Shown here piece by piece: positions 16,604 to 25,360 of a stretch of DNA of 25,360 nt. A program made the position numbers and the translations under genes. The notes under the pieces were generated by a model that was given only the letters and a program-made list of their open reading frames with translations, was not told where the DNA came from and made no database searches. How positions within the stretch are numbered: the first letter of the stretch is position 1; the number at the start of each line of letters is the position of its first letter. This stretch comes from an uncultured Gammaproteobacteria bacterium (GTDB lineage: Bacteria > Pseudomonadota > Gammaproteobacteria > GCA-001735895), in contig CBDTWQ010000001.1 of assembly GCA_965364115.1 (NCBI GenBank), positions 1 through 25,360 on the forward strand, given 5' to 3'.

Positions 16604-17322
16604 CTAAAGTATCAGATTGAAGATCGCCAGCATCAACAAAGTGATTATGGCTGTGCGCCGAAAGAGCTTCTCTGAGGCTTGACGAAAACCTTTTGAACCG
16701 AGCCAAGTGCCGAACAAATAAGTCACCGCACTGGGTGCCGCGGTGACGATGTCATCGACCCCGGTGGTGCCACTGAATAATGAAACCAGTGCAAAGCCAG
16801 GCACCGCGAAAGACGACCATGAAATGATTAAGCTGCGCCCGGCGTCTTTGCCATAAGGCCCCAGTAGAATCGCTACCACCGCAATTAAAGCGATATAAGA
16901 ACCGCCAAAAACCAGACCGGAGATGAGTCCGACCATGATTAGCCCAATCGGTGACATCGGCTTTTTATAGCGCAAGCCTAATAGCATTAGTAGGCAATCG
17001 CCTGTTTCATCAACGCCGGGTCGAGTTCGATCAACAACCAATGACCTACAGGCATCATTAGAAGTGTTGGAACCACGAGATAAGTGGTCGCGCGCCAATC
17101 GATCTCGCGATATATTGTTTTGAATAGATAAATGCTGGCGACGAAGTCGACCGCCAGAATCTTTGAGACGATACTGTAAGGGGTGAAAAACAAAGTCAGA
17201 ATCGCAATCATAAAGGCGGGGCCACCAAAACTGGTAAATCCGCGTACCAAACCAGCCCCGAAGGCCACGCTGGCGATCATCAAAAAGCTGGGTTCGGCCG
17301 AAAATTGCGCGGCAAAACTCAT
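16604..17322 (-). pseudogene. TauE/SafE (TSUP) family sulfite-exporter-like membrane protein, frameshifted near 16991-16998
   Basis: N-terminal half (AGLVRGFTSFGG...IDWR...MPVGHWLL..LDP..MKQAIAY*) stops at 16987. The C-terminal half (CLLMLLGLRY...GLISGLVFGG...GTWLGSKGFRQASEKLFRR) is in another frame and ends at 16604. Confidence 0.8.
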
Positions 17323-18482
17323 TGCCTATGCCTAAAAACCAGCAAAGTAATCGCTCCGGCAACTAAGCCCCAAAAAGCGGCGCCGATCTCAAATAGAGTT
17401 ATTCCAGACGCGGTCACCAGAAACGTGATCACTGCGGCTTCGCGCGAAGAGGCATCGGATATAGCGCTGTGCAGGCTGTTGGCAATGGTGCTAAGTAGAG
17501 CGAGCCCCGCCAATGCGAGCACGAATTCGTTTGGGAAAGCGGAGAGCAGGCCCGCAATCGTTGCACCAAATAATCCGAGGAGGAGGTAAAAGATGCCGCT
17601 GCTAAGACCCGCCAAGTATCGTTTACTGGGGTCTTCGTGAGCTTCTGGGTTAGTGCAAATCGCCGCGGTGATGGCGGCTAAGTTGATCGCAAACCCGCCG
17701 AAGGGTGCGAGTAGCAGCGTGGCCAAGCCGGTCCAACTGATCAGCGGTGATATTGGCGGCTGGTAGCCTGAGGCTCGCAACACTGCGATTCCGGGAATGT
17801 TTTGGGATGCCATGGTGACGACAAATAACGGAATGCCCACACTGATCAATGCATTCCAGGAAAATTCAGGACTAACCCAATGCAGATCGCCGATGGAGAA
17901 ACTTAAGTCGCTGAAATCAAGCAAATCGAAGAAGCCACTGACCAGCACACCTGCGGCCAAGACTAATAAGATAGCGTAGCGTGGGATCAGTAGCTTGCCG
18001 ATCAGGTAGGTCGCAAACATTATCAACACCAGTTCAAACTGAGACTCCATCGAAACGAAAATATTCATCCCAAATTGGAAAAGAATGCCGGCCAGCATCG
18101 CTGCTGCAATTGGCATTGGGATTTTGTCAATAACCCGCGCAAACCAGCCGGTTACGCCACAGAGCGTGATCAAGACGGCCGAAAAAATAAACGCGCCGAT
18201 CGCATGGTTCAAACTGATGCCATCCAGCGAAGTCACCAACAAGGCGGCCCCAGGGGTTGACCAAGCGGTGATGATGGGCATTTTATAGCGCAGTGATAAG
18301 CCGAAACTGGTGAGTCCCATGCCAATCCCGAGCGCCATTATCCAAGAACCAATTTGTACCTCGTTGGCGCCAGCAGTTTGCGCGGCTTGAAAAATAATGA
18401 CTGCTGAGGCGGTATAGCCGACCAGCACGGCGATAAATCCAGCGACGATTGCCGGCAGATGAAGATAGTCTTTAAAATGCAT
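17319..18482 (-). CDS. BenE/YdcO family benzoate:H+ symporter-like transporter
   Basis: AGFIAVLVGY, PIITAWSTPGAALL, AAAMLAGIL, PLFVVTMASQNIPG, AINLAAITAAIC, GAAFWGL; its stop overlaps the tauE-like ATG (ATGA). Confidence 0.92.
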   Translation of the reverse strand: MHFKDYLHLPAIVAGFIAVLVGYTASAVIIFQAAQTAGANEVQIGSWIMALGIGMGLTSFGLSLRYKMPIITAWSTPGAALLVTSLDGISLNHAIGAFIFSAVLITLCGVTGWFARVIDKIPMPIAAAMLAGILFQFGMNIFVSMESQFELVLIMFATYLIGKLLIPRYAILLVLAAGVLVSGFFDLLDFSDLSFSIGDLHWVSPEFSWNALISVGIPLFVVTMASQNIPGIAVLRASGYQPPISPLISWTGLATLLLAPFGGFAINLAAITAAICTNPEAHEDPSKRYLAGLSSGIFYLLLGLFGATIAGLLSAFPNEFVLALAGLALLSTIANSLHSAISDASSREAAVITFLVTASGITLFEIGAAFWGLVAGAITLLVFRHRQ

Positions 18483-18710
18483 GGAAATCCGTAAAGTCGG
18501 GGCTAGCGTGCTTAAGGCACCAAGATGTTGTCGCTATGACCCTGGTCGAAACAATTTTAAAGCTGGACGAAAAATCGGCTAGCCAGCTTCTCTAGCCCAG
18601 AATAACACCCGAAATAAGCGGCAGAAACAGAAAAAAGGTCTTCTTGGTGGCGGGTCGGGCGAATATTGCGGCGATTTAATGAAGTTCGAAGTAACCGTTA
18701 AATTGAATCC

Positions 18711-19511
18711 TCAGCTAGTGGGTTTTAACGCCGAGCCGACGTGTTTTCGAATCGCGTGGGCCGCCGCGGTGAAACCGAAACTAGCGGTCACGCCGACAAA
18801 TGAACCGATCCCAGTTGCGCAATCGAGCGAGCTACGTTCTGGCTGCGTTGGTTTGGCATAGCTGATCGTGCCGTCGGCAGCCGGATAGAGTGGCTGCTCA
18901 GTGGAAAACACACAATCCATCGAATAGCGGCGCTTTGGATTACGGCTATAACCTAACTTTTGGCGCAAGGTCGATCGAATTTTGGCTAGCAGAGGGTCGT
19001 TGTAGCAGATCGTTAAATCAGCAATTTGTATCTGGGTTGGATCGAGCCGGCCACCGGCACCACCGGTTGAAATACATCGAATTTTATGACGGCGGCAATA
19101 ATGCATCAGGCTCAGCTTGTGGCTAGCGTGATCGATCGCGTCAATCACATAGTCATATTGAAAGAGGTCAAATTTTTCAATGCTGCCCCGAGTGACCAGA
19201 TCGTCAATCGCGTTGCATTGACAGTCGGGGTTGATCGACAAAATGCGTTCTCGCATCACCTCAACTTTGGCTCGCTGGAGACTATCCACAGTGGTATGAA
19301 GTTGGCGATTGGTGTTGCTGATATCGATATCGTCATGATCGATCAGGGAAATCTTGCCGATTCCGGAACGGGCGCAGGCTTCGGCGGCCCAAGAGCCAAC
19401 TCCGCCAACACCCACCACGCAAAAATGCGCCTGCTGCAGCCGGTCGAGCGCGGCTGTGCCATAGACTCGAGTGAGCCCTTCAAAACGTTGCTGATAAAGA
19501 TTGCTGGGCAT
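18711..19511 (-). CDS. tcdA: tRNA threonylcarbamoyladenosine dehydratase (ThiF/E1-like)
   Basis: RFEGLTRVYG, VVGVGGVGSWAAEACARSGIG, DISNTNRQLH, YVIDAID, GGAGGRLDPT, DPLLAKIR, CVFSTEQ, LDCATGIGS..VTASFG. Confidence 0.92.
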   Translation of the reverse strand: MPSNLYQQRFEGLTRVYGTAALDRLQQAHFCVVGVGGVGSWAAEACARSGIGKISLIDHDDIDISNTNRQLHTTVDSLQRAKVEVMRERILSINPDCQCNAIDDLVTRGSIEKFDLFQYDYVIDAIDHASHKLSLMHYCRRHKIRCISTGGAGGRLDPTQIQIADLTICYNDPLLAKIRSTLRQKLGYSRNPKRRYSMDCVFSTEQPLYPAADGTISYAKPTQPERSSLDCATGIGSFVGVTASFGFTAAAHAIRKHVGSALKPTS

Positions 19512-19611
19512 GAATGAGAAACAGTTGGATAACCTCGTTCAAGTGTATTGGTCTATCGACGATCTGTCATTACAATGGAGCCGCTGTTACGCCGGTCAAA
19601 TCAGGAGTCAT

Positions 19612-20253
19612 GTGAAAACCGCTTGTTTGTTTACGATCTCGGCGCCATCGGGTGCGGGGAAAACTAGTTTAGTCAAAGCGCTGTTGCAGAAACGCGACGA
19701 CTCATTGGCTGTCTCTGTCTCGCACACCACACGTGCGATGCGCAGTGGTGAGGTCGATGGTGCCGCTTATCATTTCGTCAATGCAGCAGAATTTCAACGG
19801 ATGGTCGATAGCGATGAGTTTCTCGAGCATGCGCAAGTCTTCGATCATCACTATGGCACCGCGCGGGCTGCGGTCGAAACCCTGCTCGCAAGCGGTCGTC
19901 ATGTGATTTTAGAGATCGATTGGCAGGGTGCGCGACAGGTCAAACAGCAAATGCCGGAGACGATTGGCATATTTGTGCTGCCACCCTCATTGACTGCGCT
20001 CGAAGATCGATTGCGCGGTCGCGGCACTGACGATGAGGCGACCATCGCGCGCCGAATGCGCGATGCTGAGCGAGAAATGTCGCACTATGGAGATGCCCAA
20101 TATCTAGTCATCAATGAGGAGTTCGATAACGCTTTGCTCGATCTTGACGCGATTATTCAGGCCCAAGGCTTGTCTCTTTATCAGCAGAAAAGTCGGCATC
20201 AAACTTTGATCGATTCCATTCCGATTCAGCCCGACGTGATTGAAAAAAATTAA
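19612..20253 (+). CDS. gmk: Guanylate kinase
   Basis: SAPSGAGKTSL, SVSHTTRAMRSGEVDG, FLEHAQVFDHHYGT, LEIDWQGARQ, LPPS..LEDRLRGRG. GTG 19612 follows AGGAG (19603-19607). Confidence 0.95.
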   Translation: MKTACLFTISAPSGAGKTSLVKALLQKRDDSLAVSVSHTTRAMRSGEVDGAAYHFVNAAEFQRMVDSDEFLEHAQVFDHHYGTARAAVETLLASGRHVILEIDWQGARQVKQQMPETIGIFVLPPSLTALEDRLRGRGTDDEATIARRMRDAEREMSHYGDAQYLVINEEFDNALLDLDAIIQAQGLSLYQQKSRHQTLIDSIPIQPDVIEKN

Positions 20254-20329
20254 ATTCCTTTAAGTTTCAACTATATTTGGCTATGATTGCGGCCCTTTTT
20301 TCTAGCATGCCCCCTACTGGAGTTTTTGC

Positions 20330-20623
20330 ATGGCGCGAATTACCGTGGAAGATTGTCTCGAGCACGTCGAAAACCGATTTGATTTGGTGTTACTCGCCTC
20401 TCGCCGCGCGCGCCAAATTGCGCAAGGTGCTGAGCCATTGGTTCCGGCCGAGAACGACAAGCCCACGGTTCTCGCATTGCGTGAAATTGCGGAGAATCTG
20501 ATCACTGATGCTTCGATGGACGAAATGGAGGCTAAGGCTCAAATAGAGAAGATCTCGACCGATGATGATTTGATTCGGCAAATAGCCCAAGCCAGCATGC
20601 AAGCCGAAATCCAGCCTGAGTAG
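20330..20623 (+). CDS. rpoZ: RNA polymerase omega subunit
   Basis: [30 protein letters not shown]...[17 protein letters not shown] upstream. Confidence 0.97.
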   Translation: MARITVEDCLEHVENRFDLVLLASRRARQIAQGAEPLVPAENDKPTVLALREIAENLITDASMDEMEAKAQIEKISTDDDLIRQIAQASMQAEIQPE

Positions 20624-20809
20624 TTAGCCTGACGACTCAGTCGGATTGGCTGACCTGAAAACCGATCTGCGGCTGCGGATTGGGTCGATCAATTAGACAA
20701 TGCTGAGATCTATGTCCCAGACTTAGGCTCGTCTTCTGTCGACCCTTGTTAAATGTGTTATAAGTCCCATTATCACTAGTGTTAAAGTAAAGGCTGGTTA
20801 ATAAAATAA

Positions 20810-22975
20810 ATGGCGGCAAATCACGCCAATCTGTTCAAAGTTATCGCAGCCGATGTCAGCGTTAGCGCGGATCAAACCGGCATCGCTGAACTTCGCAGCG
20901 AACTAGAAACCTATCTTGAACCCTCCCAGGTCGATGAAATATATCGTGCCTATATGGTCGGCGCGCGAGCACATGAAGGTCAAAGCCGAGTCTCCGGTGA
21001 ACCTTACATTAGCCATCCGGTTGCAGTGGCGCGCATATTGGCAGAAATGCGAATGGATAGTAAAAGCATCGTGGCTGCGATACTGCATGATGTTATTGAA
21101 GATACCCCCACCTTAAAAGAACACATCGCTGAACAATTTGGTCAAGAGGCGGCCGAGCTAGTCGACGGTGTTAGCAAGCTGACTAAGATTGATTTTCGCA
21201 GCAAGGCGGAAGCGCAGGCAGAGAATTTTCGCAAGATGATGCTGGCAATGGTGAAAGACATTCGTGTCATCATCATCAAGTTAGCTGATCGTCTGCATAA
21301 TATGCGAACGCTAGACGCAATGCGGCCAGATAAGCGCCGCCGAATTGCTCGAGAAACGATGGATATTTACGCGCCGATCGCCAACCGGCTCGGAATTTTC
21401 AAGATGCGATATGAATTGCTAGACCTTGCGATCAAGGCAGCCTATCCGATGCGCTATCGAGCCATCGAAAGCGCTTGCAAGCGCGCCGTTGGTCATCGCA
21501 AAGAAATATTTAACACCATCGAAGCTGCGATCTCGCAGCGGCTGAGCGACGCCGGGGTTGAAGCTTCGGTCAAGTATCGGCAGAAAAACATTCATAGCAT
21601 CTATTTGAAGATGAAAGAAAAAAAGGTCCGCTTCGCTGAAATTAAGGATGTCTTTGGGGTGCGGATTCTGACTCAGTCAGTTGATGACTGCTATCGAGTT
21701 TTGGGCATAATGCATGGTCTTTACAAGCCCCTCCCGGGTAAGTTCAAAGACTATTTGGCGATTCCCAAAACCAATGGTTATCAGTCTTTGCACACCAGTT
21801 TGTTCGGGCCGCATGGTGTCGCCATTGAGATTCAGATTCGAACCGCGGATATGGACTATTTTGCCGAATCAGGTATCGCTGCACATTGGATATACAAAGA
21901 AGGTGAGACTAACTCGGGTAGTGGACAGAATCGAGCTTTGGAATGGCTTAAAAACCTGTTGGAAATGCAGCAAAAATCAGGCAGCTCACAAGAGTTTTTG
22001 GAAAGCGTTAAAGTCGACCTTTTCCCGGATGAAATATATGTCTTCACCCCAAAAGGTGATATCAAGAAGTTGCCGCGTGGCGCGACACTGGTTGATTTTG
22101 CCTACGCGGTGCATACCGACGTCGGCAATACCTGTGTCGCTGCGCGGGTTGATCATCAAATGTCGCCTCTTGACAGCCCGCTTTACAATGGCCAAACGAT
22201 TGAGATTATTAGCTCAGAGTCGAGTCGACCGCATCCGAGTTGGCTTGATTTTGTGACCACTGCCAAAGCGCGGACTAACATACGTCATTTCCTCAAGTCG
22301 CTGCAGGAAGATGAGGCGGTTTCTTTAGGCCAGCGTTTGCTGCAACAGTCGGTGGCCCAAATCAAGGGTCGAGACGTCGCTATTTCTAAGGCCAGGTTTA
22401 AAAAGGTGTTGAACCAATATCACCTGTCGAGTGAAAAAGAGTTGCTAGCCGAGATCGGTCTGGGGAATCGGAATTCTAGCTTGGTTGCCAAAGCCATGTT
22501 CGATGTGGAGGTGGATTCCGCCTCTTTTGACAATACCGGTAAGCCCCTCGCAATTAAAGGCACCGAAGGCATGGTGGTCTCTTTTGCCAAGTGTTGTCGA
22601 CCGGTGCCCGGCGATGCGATTGCCGGTTTTATGTCATCGGGAAAAGGGATTGTTGTTCATCAGCGCAACTGCCCTAATTTTGGCGAGCGCAGCAAAGATG
22701 ATCGGCAGTTGTCAATGCAATGGTCAGAGCATGTGGAAGGCGAGTTTCTAACCTTTATGCGGGTTCAGGTTGCCAACCAGCGCGGCGTTCTAGCCACGCT
22801 AGCCGCCACAATCGCGAATATGTCATCCAATATTGAGCAGGTCAGTTTGACCGAGAAAGATGGCCGAATATCAACCATCGAGTTTGTTATCGCGGTGAGT
22901 GATCGAATCCATCTAGCTCGAATCATGAAGCGATTACGCCGTTTAGACGTGGTCAACCGAATTTGGCGGCGCTAA
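20810..22975 (+). CDS. spoT: Bifunctional (p)ppGpp synthetase/hydrolase
   Basis: Intact HD hydrolase (HEGQSR.SGEPYISHP, LHDVIED, KLADRLHNMRT); synthetase (KFKDYLAIPKTNGYQSLHT, EIQIRT); TGS, CCRPVPGD and ACT domains; position after rpoZ. Exact start uncertain. Confidence 0.95.
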   Translation: MAANHANLFKVIAADVSVSADQTGIAELRSELETYLEPSQVDEIYRAYMVGARAHEGQSRVSGEPYISHPVAVARILAEMRMDSKSIVAAILHDVIEDTPTLKEHIAEQFGQEAAELVDGVSKLTKIDFRSKAEAQAENFRKMMLAMVKDIRVIIIKLADRLHNMRTLDAMRPDKRRRIARETMDIYAPIANRLGIFKMRYELLDLAIKAAYPMRYRAIESACKRAVGHRKEIFNTIEAAISQRLSDAGVEASVKYRQKNIHSIYLKMKEKKVRFAEIKDVFGVRILTQSVDDCYRVLGIMHGLYKPLPGKFKDYLAIPKTNGYQSLHTSLFGPHGVAIEIQIRTADMDYFAESGIAAHWIYKEGETNSGSGQNRALEWLKNLLEMQQKSGSSQEFLESVKVDLFPDEIYVFTPKGDIKKLPRGATLVDFAYAVHTDVGNTCVAARVDHQMSPLDSPLYNGQTIEIISSESSRPHPSWLDFVTTAKARTNIRHFLKSLQEDEAVSLGQRLLQQSVAQIKGRDVAISKARFKKVLNQYHLSSEKELLAEIGLGNRNSSLVAKAMFDVEVDSASFDNTGKPLAIKGTEGMVVSFAKCCRPVPGDAIAGFMSSGKGIVVHQRNCPNFGERSKDDRQLSMQWSEHVEGEFLTFMRVQVANQRGVLATLAATIANMSSNIEQVSLTEKDGRISTIEFVIAVSDRIHLARIMKRLRRLDVVNRIWRR

Positions 22976-23154
22976 CTAAGCTCTTTTTTTGCCGATAGTC
23001 ATGGGCTTCTGCGTGACAAAGCCTTCCGAAGCATTAAATTTTCTAGCGCCTTACGAATCGACTCGCGAATAGCTATCCCGTTCTTGATGGTTTTTAATGA
23101 TGATTTGTTGCAAGGCTTAATCCATAATTGCCGATCATTTAGGGGGAGGGACTA

Positions 23155-23538
23155 ATGGCTAAGACAATCATTCAAACCGATAATGCGCCACAGGCGATAG
23201 GCACCTATTCGCAAGCGGTGAAAGTAGATAAAACAGTTTATGTTTCCGGGCAGATTCCTCTTGTCCCCGCCAGCATGGAGCTGGTCGAGGGTGGTATTAA
23301 GGCTGAAATCACGCAGGTTTTCGACAATCTTCAGGCGGTCACCGAGGCGGCGGGCGGCAATCTAGCGGATGTCGTCAAGTTGACCATTTATTTGACCGAC
23401 CTCAGCAACTTTCCAAGCGTAAACGAGATTATGGCAACCTATTTCGAGCAGCCCTACCCGGCACGTGCGGCGATTGGTGTTTCAGCCTTGCCGAAAGGGG
23501 TGGGTGTGGAAATGGATGCGGTGCTTGTGATCGACTGA
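23155..23538 (+). CDS. RidA/YjgF family reactive intermediate deaminase
   Basis: [47 protein letters not shown]; strong SD GGGGAGG. Confidence 0.93.
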   Translation: MAKTIIQTDNAPQAIGTYSQAVKVDKTVYVSGQIPLVPASMELVEGGIKAEITQVFDNLQAVTEAAGGNLADVVKLTIYLTDLSNFPSVNEIMATYFEQPYPARAAIGVSALPKGVGVEMDAVLVID

Positions 23539-23553
23539 CAGGTGGTAAGTCTC

Positions 23554-25360
23554 ATGGGTCCGGCTCACTGGTCCGAGCAGGCGATTCAGACTCTAAAGGG
23601 AGTCGGCCCGAAATTATCCGAAAAGTTGCAGCGACTCGGAATCGAATCGCAACGTGATCTGCTGTTCCACCTGCCTTTGCGTTACGAAGATAGAACCTTC
23701 CTCAGCCCGGTAGGCTCGTTGCAAGCGGGTCGCCGCTGCCAAATTCAGGCAGAGGTGCTGCACAGCGCGATCAGTTTTCGACGAAGCGGCCGCAGCCGAC
23801 GTGTTTTGGTTGCTAAGCTGGGTGACAGCACCGGTCTGGTAACGATTAGGCTGTTTTACTTTAACGCGGGCCAGCAAAAGAAATTCGACAAGGGCAACTG
23901 GCTGCGCTGTTATGGTGAAGTCAGAATTGCACAGGGTGAAATCGAAATGATTCACCCGGAAGTCGAGATCGTCGATGTGACGAACCTGCCTTCATTGCCG
24001 CAGACCTTGTCACCTATATATTCGACAACTGATGGGCTTCATCAGCTCTCGATAAAGCGAATTTTGCAACAAGTTATCGATAAGCTAGAAGTTGATGATC
24101 TTGCAGAAACGCTGCCGTTGAATTGGCTCAAACGAAATCAATTTCCTAGCTTCAAGTCAGCGATGATGAGCCTACATGCGCCGCAAGGCGCGCAAGATAG
24201 TGAATTAATAGCGAATAATCGACATCCCGCACAGTCTCGATTCGTGGTTGAGGAACTGGCCGCGCATCGATTGGCTTTGCTCGAAAAGCGGCGGATTATC
24301 CAAAGTCGACAAAGTCCTCAAATAGCGCCCAGTTCGCAGCTACAAGATCAGTTAATCGAATCACTGCCTTTCCAACTCACTTCCGCGCAGCATCGAGTGA
24401 TGCAAGAGGTGATGCAAGACTTTGTCTTTGGCAAACCGATGATACGCTTGGTCCAAGGCGATGTGGGTTCGGGCAAGACTATAGTTGCGGCGCTGGCTGG
24501 TTTGCCGGTGGTGGAAGCGGGCTATCAAGTGGCGCTGATGGCACCGACGGAAATATTGGCCGAGCAACATTATCAAAATTTCTCTGTCTGGATGCAGGCC
24601 TGTGGCTTAACCACAGTCAACTTGTCCGGTGCAGACAAAGGCAAAAAGCGTCAACATAAAGAGGCGATGATCGCCAGCGGTGAGGCTCAAATCGTGGTTG
24701 GCACGCATGCTTTGTTCCAAGCTAGCGTCGAGTTTCATCGGCTGGGCTTAATCATTTTTGACGAGCAACATCGTTTCGGCGTTGATCAACGCTTGGCGCT
24801 ACAGCGTAAAACCCGTGGTGACGAGATGGCACATCAGCTGATTATGACCGCCACCCCCATTCCCCGAACCATGGCGATGTCGATCTACGCCGACCTAGAC
24901 TATTCCCAAATTGATGAATTGCCGCCGGGGCGCAAGCCCGTGACCACATCCATCGTGTCTGAGCATCAGCGCGAAAGCCTGATCAAGCGGGTGGCCAATG
25001 CCTGCGAAGAAGGTGGCCAGGTTTATTGGGTTTGCACTTTGATCGAGGAGTCTGAAGCGATGCAGTGTGAGGCGGCCGAGATCACTTTTGAGTCGCTTTG
25101 TCAGCGGCTGCCCGAGCTAAAAATTGGGCTAGTTCATGGACGCATGAAGCCGGCTGAAAAAGGAGCCGCGATACTGGCCTTTAAAAAGAGAGAGAGCAAC
25201 ATACTGGTGGCCACCACGGTGATAGAAGTTGGCGTTGACGTGCCCAATGCGAGCATTATGATTATCGAAAATCCTGAACGTTTGGGGTTAGCTCAAATTC
25301 ATCAATTACGCGGTCGTGTCGGTCGGGGTGAGCGCGCGAGTTTTTGCATTTTGTTGGTCA
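23554..25360 (+). CDS. recG: ATP-dependent DNA helicase RecG (3' end outside window)
   Basis: Not in ORF track because it is truncated. Manual translation: LKGVGPK...DLLFHLPLRYEDRT, RLVQGDVGSGKT, MAPTEILAEQH, DEQHRFGVDQR, MTATPIPRT, VATTVIEVGVDVPNA, QLRGRVGRG. Start ATG 23554 or GTG 23542. Confidence 0.96.
   Translation, partial: MGPAHWSEQAIQTLKGVGPKLSEKLQRLGIESQRDLLFHLPLRYEDRTFLSPVGSLQAGRRCQIQAEVLHSAISFRRSGRSRRVLVAKLGDSTGLVTIRLFYFNAGQQKKFDKGNWLRCYGEVRIAQGEIEMIHPEVEIVDVTNLPSLPQTLSPIYSTTDGLHQLSIKRILQQVIDKLEVDDLAETLPLNWLKRNQFPSFKSAMMSLHAPQGAQDSELIANNRHPAQSRFVVEELAAHRLALLEKRRIIQSRQSPQIAPSSQLQDQLIESLPFQLTSAQHRVMQEVMQDFVFGKPMIRLVQGDVGSGKTIVAALAGLPVVEAGYQVALMAPTEILAEQHYQNFSVWMQACGLTTVNLSGADKGKKRQHKEAMIASGEAQIVVGTHALFQASVEFHRLGLIIFDEQHRFGVDQRLALQRKTRGDEMAHQLIMTATPIPRTMAMSIYADLDYSQIDELPPGRKPVTTSIVSEHQRESLIKRVANACEEGGQVYWVCTLIEESEAMQCEAAEITFESLCQRLPELKIGLVHGRMKPAEKGAAILAFKKRESNILVATTVIEVGVDVPNASIMIIENPERLGLAQIHQLRGRVGRGERASFCILLV

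Noticed and set aside
16604..17362. 252-aa ORF as an intact gene
   Set aside because: Its first ~120 codons are off-frame sequence overlapping benE and the true tauE N-terminus. Only the C-terminal part is genuine.
19501..19611. 37-aa N-terminal extension of Gmk, and an ATG-TGA start-stop overlapping its GTG
   Set aside because: The extension overlaps the tcdA start and the divergent promoter region. AGGAG supports GTG 19612, and the ATG at 19610 is only 2 nt from the SD, so it is probably incidental.
21730..21760. SpoT KFKD instead of RxKD motif
   Set aside because: A common conservative variant in proteobacterial SpoT; other catalytic motifs are intact.
23614..24576. Minus-strand ORFs 23614-23955 and 24361-24576
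   Set aside because: Antisense to the continuous recG frame.
1..25360. CRISPR arrays, tRNA/rRNA, IS elements, integrases, or direct repeats flanking the stress island
   Set aside because: None seen by eye and no obvious compositional break, so there is no evidence that the island is mobile.

Overview
Chromosomal window (~50% GC) from what looks like a Gammaproteobacterium (gmk-rpoZ-spoT-ridA-recG order). Left end: a truncated LplT-like MFS transporter divergent from a CHASE2-TM-TPR-Ser/Thr kinase. Centre (3692-14189): a self-contained photo-oxidative/singlet-oxygen stress island. Its leftward arm is rpoE(ECF11)-chrR-photolyase. Its rightward arm is nine tightly packed lipid-modification genes: CFA-family methyltransferase, DUF2878, DUF1295, DUF6134-like, lipocalin, SnoaL-like, FAD oxidoreductase, DUF1365 and a second CFA-family methyltransferase. 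Three sigmaE-type promoters (TGATCY-N16-CGTA) can be read directly: two back-to-back and one internal, probably driving a leaderless transcript. The last three genes match the furan fatty acid (UfaD/UfaO/UfaM-like) module, and the extra genes may extend that pathway. Right part: ygiQ radical SAM, a frameshifted TauE/SafE transporter coupled to benE, tcdA, then housekeeping gmk, rpoZ, spoT, ridA and a truncated recG. No RNA genes, CRISPR arrays or mobile elements were seen. Family names come from motif recognition by eye, not database searches.
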